Shown piece after piece: positions 46,255-60,596 of a DNA stretch of 64,000 nt. The stretch is from Amoebidium appalachense (taxonomy: Eukaryota; Protista; Ichthyosporea), in the NCBI GenBank assembly GCA_963693365.1, contig CAVNZM010000012.1, positions 6,584,889-6,648,888 on the forward strand. The letters run 5' to 3'. Position numbers and translations under genes: made by a program. Below the pieces are notes generated by a model, which searched no databases, was not told the DNA's origin, and was given only the letters and a program-made list of their open reading frames with translations. Within the stretch, counting starts at the first letter, position 1; every line of letters begins with the position of its first letter.

Positions 46255-46663
46255 ATGTGTGTATGTGTGTGTGTGTTTTATATGTTTGAACATGTATGTG
46301 TCTGTTTGTGTATACACGTGTGTGTGGGTGCGCGTGTCTGCGCGAATGTGCGTGTGCATGTGCACTGCACATACGTATGCGTGTGCAGGGGCGTGTACGT
46401 ACAACATGCCACTATGGGTGTATTGTACGCCGAACCAGGCCTAGGTAAATGCCATAGATCAATGAAGCCTTTCAGTGATCATAGAATGATGGAAGCCCCC
46501 CCCCCCCCCCCCCCCCCCCCCCTTTCACACGCGCGCGCGCGCACACACACAAACACACACCCACACACACACACACACACACGCAAGCAGTACACGCACA
46601 CATACGCACATGTTCACACACGGTGTCACACACCGTGACACACACACACAAATTATCTAAATC

Positions 46664-46749
<86 letters not shown>

Positions 46750-47132
46750 CTCTCTCTCTCCTCCCCCCCCCCCCTCCCCTCCGAGGCTCTCTCTCCCCTC
46801 CTTCCTCCCCCTCCCCCCCCCCCCCCCCCGCCCCGAGTACTCTCTCGATCTCTCCCTCGAAAGGCTAGCCTCTCTCTCCATGCATCCCCTCTCACTCACT
46901 CACAAACACACACTACTATCTTCTTCCTCACTCCCGAGTCCCACCATCAGATTCCCCCCGGCTCACTGTCTCCCCCCTCCCCCCCCCCCCCCCCTCCCCC
47001 CCTCCCCGAGTCTCTTAATCTCCGAGGCTCTCTCTATGTAGAGCTGGCTCGCACACATGTTTCTTCTTTCTCCAAGTCTCTTTCTCTCTCTCTCTCCTCT
47101 CACTCTCTCACGCTCACACACACACACACACA

Positions 47133-47172
<40 letters not shown>

Positions 47173-47379
47173 GTGTGTGCATCGATTCGAGTCCAGGCAT
47201 GTTCCCAACTGATTGGATCTGGCTGATACTGGCGCTTTTTATAGGGGACAGTTCGCCGTGTGATTGTGGGACAACGCCGCTGCTTCCCGACCAACCATTT
47301 TGATTGGTCAGTAAGCGCGACTAACTACAGGGCGCGACTCCCGTAGTCTGTCCGACAATATACACAACCATGTTTACAC

Positions 47380-48490
<1,111 letters not shown>

Positions 48491-48634
48491 TTTAAAGTTT
48501 ATTGCAAAGTGCATCTACGGTTATTTTCAAAGGAAACGTGCCGCGTTATCCCATGCACCAACTGATACCACCAACTGAGCCAGGAAAGATTCTGGAGTAA
48601 ACAACGGGAACATGGATGTAAGACTCGCGTTTGC

Positions 48635-48745
48635 GGGCTGCCCGTTAATATTTCCGTGACCACCGGCTGCATTGGTGCACCTGGCCCCCCCGTTGAGGGT
48701 TTCTCACTAGGCTGGTTACTGCCGGGCTGGCTTCCTGGATGAACT
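48635..48745 (-). pseudogene. Relic fragment of the secreted repeat-protein family
   Basis: Translates to PGSQPGSNQPSEKPSTGGPGA and then, after a frameshift, AAGGHGNINGQP. This matches the repeat unit of the 53358-55082 protein. Confidence 0.8.
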
Positions 48746-49361
48746 TCCGGGGGGGGGGGGGGGGGGGGGGGGGGGTACTCTCTTCTTGGTGGATCATGGT
48801 GTTCAGTACAGTAAGTAAGTCCTTCGTACGTAAGGACATGGGTATGACACACAATGCTGGCATGCTGTAGCAGAGCTCGAGTTATTTATGGTAAAAGAAT
48901 TGTTTTCCGCAGGTTTACTATTTTTATTTTGAGTTTTCATAGGTGGGCCGGAGCAGGGCCCCCAGGCTGGCCGTAGTGATCCATTGATATCGAGTGCGTA
49001 TGTATGTAATGCCGTCCGGTTTTCCCTGCGTTAATAAGGCCCTTAAATATGTTGCAGAAGTAGGCCCATTGAATAAAATGCATAGCCACGTCAGTGACAA
49101 AGAACCAATAACTGGGTCGGCACCTGAGAAAACCTATCAGTAGGACATCACCATTGAAGAAAAATATAAATATGCATACTATATATATCAATATAAAATA
49201 AAAAATGAAAGAAAAAAAAAACTTATAGTCACAACAAGAAGATTAAAAAGAGGATTCAGAAATAGTAGCAGCTAAATACACAATTTTACCTAGTCGGACG
49301 TCTCCGACTGGTCGTATGTTCTCATTATCAGGTACACACAACGACACACACACACACACGC

Positions 49362-49432
<71 letters not shown>

Positions 49433-49779
49433 CACGCACGCACATGCCGAAGGGTTGATCGTCATGGCAGTTCGAGAGAGTGGGTGGGTGGCATATGGAT
49501 TCACACCGGGGCCACCATGGTTGCGAACCTATGGCGCTATAGATTAGCAGTGAAGGTAGACATTACGTTTTAGGTTGCACTTAGTACGTTTGAGTATTGA
49601 ACTTTTTTAACGAAAGCTGGGCACTGGTGCCGCGCGCGCACGCTGCTATGAGATTGGAACCCACCCTCCCCCCCCCTTCTTTCTCTTTCTCTTAAAGTTT
49701 TTCGTTTTCTTTTCCTTTTTTTTTCGGGGGGGGAGGGGGGGGGGGGGGGGATCTTTTTTTCTTTCTTTCTTTTCTTTTT

Positions 49780-49810
<31 letters not shown>

Positions 49811-50032
49811 TTGGATTTGAGGGTGGGTTGGGCCGTCAGATCAATTTTGTTCCTTTCCACCCCATAGTGACAGCCCAATCACGTTTGCACGCTAAAATTT
49901 AATGTCTACCTTACAAGTTCAACTGGGTGAATAAACCTTATGCACCAGACGGTTTACAACAAAGGGCCCCGATGTGAATCCATGATCACCACTCGCGGGA
50001 AATGAACAGTAAACTTTGGGTTTATGTGTGTG

Positions 50033-50096
<64 letters not shown>

Positions 50097-50276
50097 CGTG
50101 TGCGTGTGCGTGCGTGTTTGTGTGTGTTTGTGTGTGTGTGTGTTTGTGTGTTGTGTATGTGTCCGCGTGCCCGTGCTACGCCATGCCTGTGCACCTGATC
50201 TTCATACCCTATGACCAGTTCTTACCTTAATTCATTACAGCTGTTTTTTTTGTTTTTTTTTGGTGGTGGTGGTGGT

Positions 50277-50323
<47 letters not shown>

Positions 50324-50843
50324 GCATGAGGGCTCCTCTGGGGAAACACTGTTCTCGTGGTGGTGCACTTCTGATAGGTTTTCTCAGGTGTCGACTCAAT
50401 TATTGGTTCTTTGTCACGTGGCCATGCATTCCATGCCATGGGCCTACTTTCAGTTGCAACACATTCAAGAGCCTTCTATTAAAGCAGGGAAAGGATTACA
50501 AACGTACGCAAAAGCATTTTTAAATTATTTCTACGGCCCGTTTGGGGCCCGGCCCAACCTATGGAAATGAAAATAGGAAAAATGCGGAGAACACAAATGT
50601 CTACCTACTACAGTATGCTATTTGGCTTAAGGGGACCCACGTCCTTACGTAAGGACCTACTGTGCTGACCATGATCCAAGAAGAGAGCAACCCCCCCCCC
50701 CCCCTCCCCCCCCCCCCCTCCCCCCCAAAGGAAAGACAAGCTTGGCAAATAGAGATATTCTGTGTGTGTGTGTGCGCGTGCGCTGTGTGTGTGTGTGTGT
50801 GTGCCACGGTGTGTGTGTCTGTGTGTGTGTGTTTGTGTGTGGT

Positions 50844-50942
<99 letters not shown>

Positions 50943-51012
50943 AGGGTGTGTGTGTGTGTGTGCGTCACGGTGTGTGTGTGTGTGTCAGGGTGTGTGTGTG
51001 TGTGTGCGTCAC

Positions 51013-51055
<43 letters not shown>

Positions 51056-51075
51056 TCTGTGTGTGTGTGTGTGTA

Positions 51076-51143
<68 letters not shown>

Positions 51144-51248
51144 AAGGGAGAGAGAGAGAGGAAGACAGAGAGGGGGGGGGGGGAAGGAGGAAGGAAGGGA
51201 GGGAGGGCGTAGGGAGAGAGGGAGGGAGGGAGGGAGGGAGGGAGGGAG

Positions 51249-51280
<32 letters not shown>

Positions 51281-51619
51281 GGGGGAGAGAGTATGTGTTT
51301 GTGTGTGCCCCACGCTGAGAGAGAGTGTGTGTGTGACTCGTGTGTGTGTGCGTTTGTGACTGTGTTTGTGTTTTTGTATATTATAAGTGTCAGCCGGAAA
51401 GGAGGAAAACAGGTCCTGGAGCCCCCCCCCAAAACAACGGCAAGTGGAGGACCGTCAACGTATGTAGCGGTGAGGAAGCTTGAAATAGGACAGCAAGAAC
51501 TATTGCTGCCTACACCGTGACAAGAAGCAACAGTTAATACATACGGTTTGTGAGTGAGGGAGAGAGTTTAGAGCTAGAGAGAGGGAGGGAGGGCGGGGGG
51601 GGGGGGGGGGGGGGGGGGG

Positions 51620-51664
<45 letters not shown>

Positions 51665-51755
51665 CTAGCTAGAGAGAGCTCTACAGAGAGAGAGAGAGCT
51701 CTAGAAGGAGACTAGAGAGAGAGAGAGAGAGGGAGGGAGAGAGGGAGAGTGAGAC

Positions 51756-51799
<44 letters not shown>

Positions 51800-51835
51800 A
51801 GAGAGGGAGAGAGACAGAAAGAGATAGAGAGAGAG

Positions 51836-51882
<47 letters not shown>

Positions 51883-53357
51883 ATGTGTGTGTGTGTGCGC
51901 GCCACGTGTGTGTGTGTGTGTAGGGAACAATTTGTACGTGCGCTTGCAATTGTGCCAAAAAGTCGTGTAGTTCCCAATAAAGCTCCAAAAAAAGAAAAGA
52001 AAAAAAGAAAGGACGGAATCGATCCGGATTCTTTGAACTTCATTGAAAAAGCCTTATTATAGGCCGTCACGCCGCGGCGGTTCATTTGCACGGCGATTCA
52101 CGGCACCGTTTTTGATTCAAGTTCAGGCATACAGCTGTCGACTGTGCGTACATGTGGTGCAGTGCAAGCGACCTGCAGACTGTGTGGAACTGAATTCAAT
52201 CAGTTGGCCGGGCAGTTCAAAACTTGAACACAGCACACCGTACAAACACAAGCACATGCCCGCCTGTTGAAGAGGTCCAGCAACACGCGCGTGTATGTAA
52301 ACGCGGGCACACGCATGCATGTGGGCCCGGCCCCGGGGCCCATTGTTGGGGCACACACGCATACCGTGGTACCGTGGTCCGTGCACGTGGCACACGTGAC
52401 ACAGTCGGAAGGAATTCGCGGAAAATGTAAGGATCACTGGAACAACCCTGCCACCTACTGAGATGGCTCCTTATTTTTCCTTACACATTCAGCGAACACT
52501 GGACTCTATCGAACCGTCGAGGCGCCGCGACAGAAAGCATGCACGCGGTCGCGAGAGTGTAAGGAAAAATCCCGTCTGCAGCGAACGTAAAGTTCATCGC
52601 AGCGCGTGCACACCGTCAGTACGCGTCAGGGAACAACCTGACATAGGTCACCGTGAACGCGCGCGCGCGCGCATTCCGATGTGGATAAACCTGTGACCAT
52701 GGTATGTGGCGGCCGCCAGGGGCGCTTCTTCACAACCAAATCCACAAAGAAGAAATTAACAGCTAGAACACAAAATCAAGCTGTCAGAATCATACTGGTG
52801 ACTGAGTTTTTAATATTGGTGGTTATGTACATTTCAGCGGTTTGGCCATATTGGTTACACTCATTTGACGGAACCTGAAGGAAATCAGTGTGTGCGCAGG
52901 GGTTAAATTTGTGTCCTAAACTTGCCAGAAATGGGGTCCAATCCAAATAATTTTCAGAAAGATCGTTGTGACACTATTTAGGTCTGTTTATAATACGACT
53001 GTACTAGCTTACAGTCAGCTGCACCTAAAACTGGAGTTTTTTCCTTTGTATTATGTGGTTGCGCTTGTGTGTTTATGAAACATGTGACAAACATGCAGTT
53101 ATTTTTGATAGTATTCAGGTAAGCATGAATTAATAACTCACTCGCAGCTCTGCACTTGTACACAATTACACCACTGATTTTGACACCCCCAACATTCCTG
53201 AGTTCACTGGGGCTCTTTGTTTGCGCAAAGCTTTACGAGCGGCGAAAAACAAACAACAGATGATATAAGCAGCATGCCCCTCACAGAAGTTTCAGACTCT
53301 CCAAGGATAACGGAGGCTTTCCTACCGTTTCCGAAGACCCACACCGTCTTAGCAAAC

Positions 53358-55082
53358 ATGGCCCAAACCGCCGCCCTTTGGGCGCTGTCAGCGCTGCTTG
53401 CCGCCGCCACGCTCTCCGCCGGGCTGACGTGCACGGACCTGTGCGCCCAGTCAGCGGGCTCTTCGACAGCAGCTAAAGGCCACAGCGGTGTTCGTCGCTG
53501 CGTCAGCCGCTGCGACCGTGACGACGACTACTGCGTGCGCCTGTGTGGCGCCACGCACGACCAGCTGCTGGCAAAGGGCCGGTCGGGGCGTCTGCTGAAA
53601 CGGATGTACAGTCGCTGTGTGGCTGAGACCTGCGGTGCTGATGATGACTACGAGGAAGACACGGTGGTGGCAGCCGACTTCCGCAGGGTCAAACAACCGG
53701 AGGAAAAGTTTCTTCCATTAATTGTTGGTGGAATCGGAGCTGCCATTGCGGGTGGAGCTGCCGTCCTGGGAGGGGCGGCGACAGGGGGACTTGCAGGAAT
53801 GATGAGCGGGCCTTACTCGTCGCATGGTGGCATGATCGACCGTCATATCGATGGGTTCAGTGGCAACACAGTGTCCCTAGGTGGGCCCTCACAACCGGTT
53901 CATGGGCCACCTCCCAACATGGATGCTATTAGGGCCGGCCTTCACCTTGGCCCAGGGCCACAGCTAGGTCCCGCTACGCCAGTGGAGGACAATGCCGGCG
54001 CCAACAGCGGATCCTCGAGTTCGGGAGGTAATAGCGGGAGCCAAGCCGAAGTGCCCAGCAACCAAAACCCAGGAGGCCAGCCCGGCACTGATAACCAGAA
54101 ACCCAATTCGCAGACGGGAGAGGGCGCAACGAATGCATCAGGACAAGGATCTGACCACACCGCCGGGCGGCCCAATAACGCCAATGATCCAGACTACGAC
54201 GACTGGGATGATGCTATTGCAAACGGCCGCGGCAATGACGATTCTCGAGGCGCCTTAACCAATAATGATAACCCTCGTAAACCTTCGGGAGGTAATGGTG
54301 GGAGCCAAGCCCAAGTGCCCAGCAACCAGAATCCAGGAAGCAATCCCGGCACCAACCAGCCTGAGAAACCATCTACGGGAGGCACAGGCGCATCAGATGC
54401 AGCCGGTGGTCACGGCAATACGAACGGGCAGCCCAATAACGCCAATGATCCAGACTATGATGATTGGGAGGACGCCATTGCGAATGGACGCGGCAATGAC
54501 GATTCTCGTGGTGCAGTAACCAATAATGATAACCCTCGTAAACCTTCGGGAGGTAATGGTGGGAGCCAAGCCCAAGTGCCCAGCAACCAGAATCCAGGAA
54601 GCAATCCCGGCACCAATCAGCCTGAGAAACCATCTACGGGAGGCACAGGCGCATCAGATGCAGCCGGTGGTCACGGCAATATTAACGGGCAGCCCAATGG
54701 CGCCAATGATCCAGACTACGACGATTGGGCGGATGCTATCGCAAACGGCCGCGGCGACGACAACTCACGCGACGCGGAATATAACGCTAACCGCGGATCA
54801 AGTTCGGGAGGTAATGGTGGGAGCCAGGCCCAAGTGCCCAACAGTAAACGCCAGTACTATGATGACCTCCAACGGTACAACAGATTCAGCGGGAGCAGAG
54901 CAAAGGCCTATGCGCGGTCGCACCATGTCAAGTCTGAAGATTATGATACGGCCCAGCGCTACTATTCGGGTCACACTAGACGCAAGGAATACCGGGCCAA
55001 GTATGCGGGTGAGCAGGGGCGGCGCCTGAGATTCAGTGATATGCTGGAAACAAGCGTGAAGGGGAGAGATGACGACTATTGA
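53358..55082 (+). CDS. Uncharacterised secreted modular protein, 574 aa (8-Cys CX3C domain, hydrophobic Gly/Ala segment, ~87-aa acidic repeats, basic tail); paralogue 1
   Basis: Intronless, microsatellite-free ORF with signal peptide MAQTAALWALSALLAAATLSA. The start is chosen by alignment to the paralogue starting at 63675. Internal 261-bp repeat period (54286/54547). Confidence 0.88.
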   Translation: MAQTAALWALSALLAAATLSAGLTCTDLCAQSAGSSTAAKGHSGVRRCVSRCDRDDDYCVRLCGATHDQLLAKGRSGRLLKRMYSRCVAETCGADDDYEEDTVVAADFRRVKQPEEKFLPLIVGGIGAAIAGGAAVLGGAATGGLAGMMSGPYSSHGGMIDRHIDGFSGNTVSLGGPSQPVHGPPPNMDAIRAGLHLGPGPQLGPATPVEDNAGANSGSSSSGGNSGSQAEVPSNQNPGGQPGTDNQKPNSQTGEGATNASGQGSDHTAGRPNNANDPDYDDWDDAIANGRGNDDSRGALTNNDNPRKPSGGNGGSQAQVPSNQNPGSNPGTNQPEKPSTGGTGASDAAGGHGNTNGQPNNANDPDYDDWEDAIANGRGNDDSRGAVTNNDNPRKPSGGNGGSQAQVPSNQNPGSNPGTNQPEKPSTGGTGASDAAGGHGNINGQPNGANDPDYDDWADAIANGRGDDNSRDAEYNANRGSSSGGNGGSQAQVPNSKRQYYDDLQRYNRFSGSRAKAYARSHHVKSEDYDTAQRYYSGHTRRKEYRAKYAGEQGRRLRFSDMLETSVKGRDDDY

Positions 55083-55257
55083 TAATTTGATGTAGGGATT
55101 GTATTTTTTTTTAGTTTTTGTTTTTGTTTTTGTTTTTGTTTCTATTTTTTTTTTTTTTTTTTTTTTTTACCCCGTTTCACTATTAAGTCTTGCAATGCTG
55201 GTTGGCTATGTGAATAACCCAGGTATGTACGGTAGGTAGGAAGTGTGATACCAGATA

Positions 55258-55480
55258 CCGTCCGCGAATAAGAACTCCCGCCAATAAGATTTCGCCCCCC
55301 GGAAAAAGCGGGTTTTTTTAAAGATTCCCCCCGGCCAGTTGTCGGGGTGATGTTATTGGTGGACGAATGAATAAATCATACTAAGTGGGCCCTCCGCCAA
55401 TAAGATTTTGGCCCCTACCCCCAAAAAATTTAAGAATCCGCCCCCCGGCCACATTTTGAGGGGTTCTTATTTGCGAACGG
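55258..55480. mobile_element. Tc1/mariner-pogo-like MITE, 223 bp
   Basis: TA|CCGTCCGCGAATAAGAAC ... GTTCTTATTTGCGAACGG|TA. The empty site is the palindrome CAGATATCTG. Internal repeated CCGCCAATAAGATT. Confidence 0.85.
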
Positions 55481-56490
55481 TATCTGTAGCACATTATGAT
55501 TAAATATCTGCAACTAAGCCTAGGAGCACCTAAGCTCTGAACTTCTAGGCGGCTGTGAAATACATGTAACTTGTCTGTTTACCGCTGACTCGTGTCTATG
55601 TGCAGAGGATTGGAATACATGTGATTAAGTGTGGATGATTCAGAAGACGTGAGAATAAATGTGTACGAGTACGTGAATACGTGTCTCGATCATCCAAAAA
55701 TGCTACCGTGCACGTGTGCTCCCGGATTGTGGTCGAAATTTCGGTTCTGCTCTTGAATTCTTGAATTCACTACAGGGGGTGCCAAATAAATTCATGGGTA
55801 CTGTGAAAAGAGGATAGGGCCTAACCTTCTTATTCTCTGGGGACCATAGCTATAGCTTCATGTTCTTAGATTTCCCCGTCAAGCGTGGTGCACCCCCGTG
55901 GTGGAACGGGGGGGGGGGGGGGGGGCATGCGTGTCAAAAATCCACCAGAGTTGGCAAGGTCTATTATCCTACTTTTTTGAGGAAAGAAGTTAGCGCTATT
56001 TATCGTTTCAAATTGTCTTAATATCAGGCAACCCTGTGGGTGTCTCCATATATGCTCCTTTCAGAATTTCCTTTTGCTTTTCCATATCTTACATCCACGT
56101 TCCCTTTGTTTACCAAGATTTTTCTAAGCTCTAAGCTCAGTTGGTGGTATTAGTTGGTGCATTCCAGATGCCGTGGCATGTTTCCACTGATCATGACTTT
56201 AGATGCACTGTTCACGATTGAACTGTCCAACAGCCCGTGTTTCTTCCCCACTCACCGGTTGCTTCCTTTCTTCCTTTCTTGCTTGCCTCCCTGCCACTTC
56301 TCCTTTCTTCGTTGGTTGCTTACTTGCTTCGTCCCTTTGATTTTCAATCCGTTGCCTTTTTTTTTTGTGTGTGTGTGTGTGTGTTTCCTTTGCTTCTCTC
56401 TTTTATGCACCCCTACACTTTCCTGTTTTCTGCCGCTTTTCTTCTTTGTTACTTCGTTTATGTGTTGCTTAATTTCTTCACTGCTTCGGT

Positions 56491-56536
<46 letters not shown>

Positions 56537-56676
56537 TACCCCCCCACCCACCCACCCACCCAAATACTGAACGAATGGTACTCCCATGCAACGTGGCATG
56601 GTTGCTTTCTATCGTGCATCTGTAGTCACATCTTCATTCTTCCCTGCTAAGCATTAGGCTGCAGCATTTGTTAGTT

Positions 56677-56710
<34 letters not shown>

Positions 56711-56857
56711 CTCTCCCCCCCCTCCCCCCAAACAGCCATTCCCTTCCCACAGCACCACAAAAGGCCCCGGTGTGAATTCATGAGGCTCAGGACCACTCTC
56801 AAAAAATGAACAGGCACCCTTTCGGTGTATGTGTGTGCCTGTGTGTGTGTGTGGGTG

Positions 56858-56908
<51 letters not shown>

Positions 56909-56983
56909 CGTGTGTGTGTGTACGTGTGTGTGTGTGCGTGTGAGTGAGTGTGTGCGTGCGTGCGCGTGTGTGCGTGTCCTCGG

Positions 56984-57024
<41 letters not shown>

Positions 57025-57562
57025 GTGGGTGTGCGTTTGTGTATGTGTGTGTGTGTGTGTCTGGCAGCGTGCGCGCGCCTGTGTGTGCACCTGATAATGG
57101 CACCCCATAACCAGTTAGGAATTCTTGATTTTGCGGGGAAGGGGGTAGTAGTAACTTTGTGTGTGTGTGGGGGGGGGGGGGGGGGGGGGGGGGGACCCAC
57201 CCTCCCCTTTGGATAGGTGGGTCCCCCCCCCCCCCCTCCCTCCCTCCCTCCCTCCCACCCCTCCGGCTAGCAAGGGGGAGCGGGAGGGAAGGGGGGGGAC
57301 CTACCACCCCACTGAGTAGGGTGGGTCCCCCCAACCCCCCCCCGGGCACCCACCCCCCGTAAGCTGCCAATATTTTGACTATTTATATCAGATAACCTGA
57401 TCACATAATAGTAATATAATGACTGCGGTTTACATACAATGCCAAAACACAAACATATTGCGGGCCTCATATATATCATCTCACTCTTCTTTCAATGGGT
57501 TTCATTTCATTTATTTATTTATCAATGATTTATTTATTTCAATTTTTTTTTTTTTTTTTTGT

Positions 57563-57626
<64 letters not shown>

Positions 57627-58272
57627 CTTCTGGAGTGACATGATTCGTGGTTGTGTCTCCTAATATATATCTATATAAAACGGTTTAAAATTTCACAGGT
57701 GTCGATCTAATAGTCATAGTATTGGTTCTTTATCATGTGACCATGCATTCCATTCAACAGCAGGCTACTTTTGCAACACCTGTTAAGGGATTCCTATGAA
57801 AGCAGCTAACTAATTACATACGTACCCTATACAGCGTATAATTTATTGCTCGGGCCCGCCTGGGGCCCCAGCCCCACCTTTAAACTGGAGCTGAAAATAG
57901 TATTGCCAAAGTTGAATACGGAGAACAAAAAAATAACGGTGCGCATGCAACAGTATGCAGTGGTTGGTTGAATTGACCAACGTCCTTGAAGGACCTATTG
58001 TGCTTACCACCATGATCCAAGAAGATAGTCCTTCCCCCCCCCCCCCCCCCCCCCCCCCCCGGCGCCCCCCCGCTCCCCCCTCCCCCCCCCACTCCCTCCT
58101 TCCCCCCCCCCCCACACCCCCACCCCCACCCCCACCCCCCTCCCCCCAGCCCCCCCCTCCCCCTCCAAAAAACAAAACAAAAAAAATGGCAAAAGCAGAA
58201 TCAGTGGCTGGTATTATGTGTGTTTTTGTGTGCGTGTTTGGGTGGTCGGGTGTGTATGTGTGTCACGGTGAC

Positions 58273-58370
<98 letters not shown>

Positions 58371-58411
58371 TGTGTGTGTATGTGTGTGCACCACGGTGTG
58401 TGTGTGCTTGT

Positions 58412-58480
<69 letters not shown>

Positions 58481-58639
58481 CCCCGGTGAAAGGGAGAGAG
58501 GCACCCACCCACACACACACACGTGCAGAGAAGGGGGGGGGGGGGGGGGGGGGGGGCAGGGAGGGAGACTTGGACACTATGGAAAGGTTTGTGCGAGCCA
58601 GATAGAGTCTTAGAGATCGAGAGACTCGGGGGGGGGGGT

Positions 58640-58685
<46 letters not shown>

Positions 58686-58882
58686 GACAGAGAGAGCTGG
58701 GATAGATAGAGGGATCGAGGGGGAGAGCCTGTGTTTGTGAGTGAGTGAGTCTAGTGGTGGGAGCCTCGAGAGAGAGAGAGAGAGATAGAGAGAGTACTCG
58801 GGCCGGGGGGGGGAAGGAGGGGAGAGATGGAGCCTCGCGGGGGGAAGGGGGGGGGGGGGGGGGGGGGGGAGAGAGGGGGGGG

Positions 58883-58923
<41 letters not shown>

Positions 58924-59014
58924 GGAGGGAGGGAGGGAGGGAGGGAGGGAGGGAGGGAGGGAGAGAGGGGTAGAGAGGGAGAGAGAGAGCGAGCAAGAGA
59001 GAGGGATTTAGAGA

Positions 59015-59080
<66 letters not shown>

Positions 59081-59884
59081 CACTGTGTGTGTAGTTTATA
59101 AAAAAAAGGTCTATCCCACCCATCCCAGACCTGCTGCACAACTTTTTTTTGCCCCGCTCGATACGGTTACTTTATAAAGCTAATCCGATCGCTTTTTCAC
59201 CAATCCCCAGACCTCTGTAACGGCCCGACTCACCATACTGCGAACCGGCCCTGATGGATAAGAAAGAACCTGTTTCCTTGGCAGAATATCATGATGATAC
59301 ATTACGGTTTTGGACTGTATATAACGATTATCCCATAGTTTTGGCTCAGTTTCATTGAAAGGTAACTCCGGAGGGGGATGTTGCTGTCGTCAGGAGCAAC
59401 GTCCTGTGCCATTGCGCACAATATTGATTCGAGCGAATCAGAAAACGATGCGGCGGACGCAAACGTCTTTAACGCGCGAAACGCAGCAACTTATGGGATT
59501 CTAGTATTTTACGTATTTAGACAGACAGTAAATATAGAATGCAAGTAAATGTATGTTAATTAATCAGAACATTTATATATTTTGTTTATATTGACTGTGT
59601 GATTTTTCATACTTCTTGCTGTCATGATATGAAAATTAGTATACTGCTCTGCAGTCTCCTTGAAGTGTCCGCATGAGCCACTGCCACCGTACATTTAGCC
59701 ATATTTGGTTATAGCGCAAATGTACATACGCTGTGTAGATATACGGCAACAATGCTGTTTGGACACTGATTATTTATTGGATAGTTTATAAGAAAACGGT
59801 CTATCCCACCCATCCCAGACCTGCTGTACGAACACATGTGCACGGGATTTTGACGTAATCACTAGGGGGGGAAGTTAATATTGG

Positions 59885-59915
<31 letters not shown>

Positions 59916-60596
59916 TTTCCCCGCCCTCCCCCTCCCCCAATTTCAATTTCACCCTTAAGCACAGTTGCTACTCTTCTTATAGACAGTACCTAGTGTCGGT
60001 TTATTGTTACAGCACGGTGCACTGCCTTCCATCATATAAAGCCATAACACTTAGATTCCCCAGCTGCACAGACACAGAGCCTTATGGGCATCTTCCAGAA
60101 CAAGGACAAGAAAAATGAACGGAAAACATTTTTTGGTACTATGAGTAGAGCGTCAAGCCTTAGGTCCATCAAAGGACAACTGTTTCTCAAATTTCAGAGA
60201 CTGCCGGATGGAGACTTTTTTTTAAGTTTAAACCATGTAACGTCACTTGACGCAATCATGTCACACGGTACACTACCCTAGTACCTATATATGGCATAGT
60301 GCACTGGCTGTGGGGCACCCAATCGCACACCGTTAACGCGTTCTGATGCTGAAGAACTACGGCCACAATAACCCCAGATATGCATACTATTTGTTCGCGT
60401 CAAGTTGCACTGGGATTCAAGTATTGATCATGATGACGGCGCCGAGCCAGATGAGTTACCAGATGACCTCAAGCAACAACAATGCGGTACTGTACTACAT
60501 ATACAACTTGAATGATACTATATATATAGTAGCAGCCGAACATATATGAGTACAGTATATATGACACTGTCGGGTGCGCCCTGGCATGCAGATCTA

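Noticed and set aside
53217-53357. Longer start for the 621-aa ORF
   Set aside because: It is a non-ATG upstream extension. The signal peptide and the paralogue alignment place the start at ATG 53358.
60084-60520. Short coding-looking stretches, possible transposase remnant
   Set aside because: No recognisable motif, and the frames are interrupted by stops.
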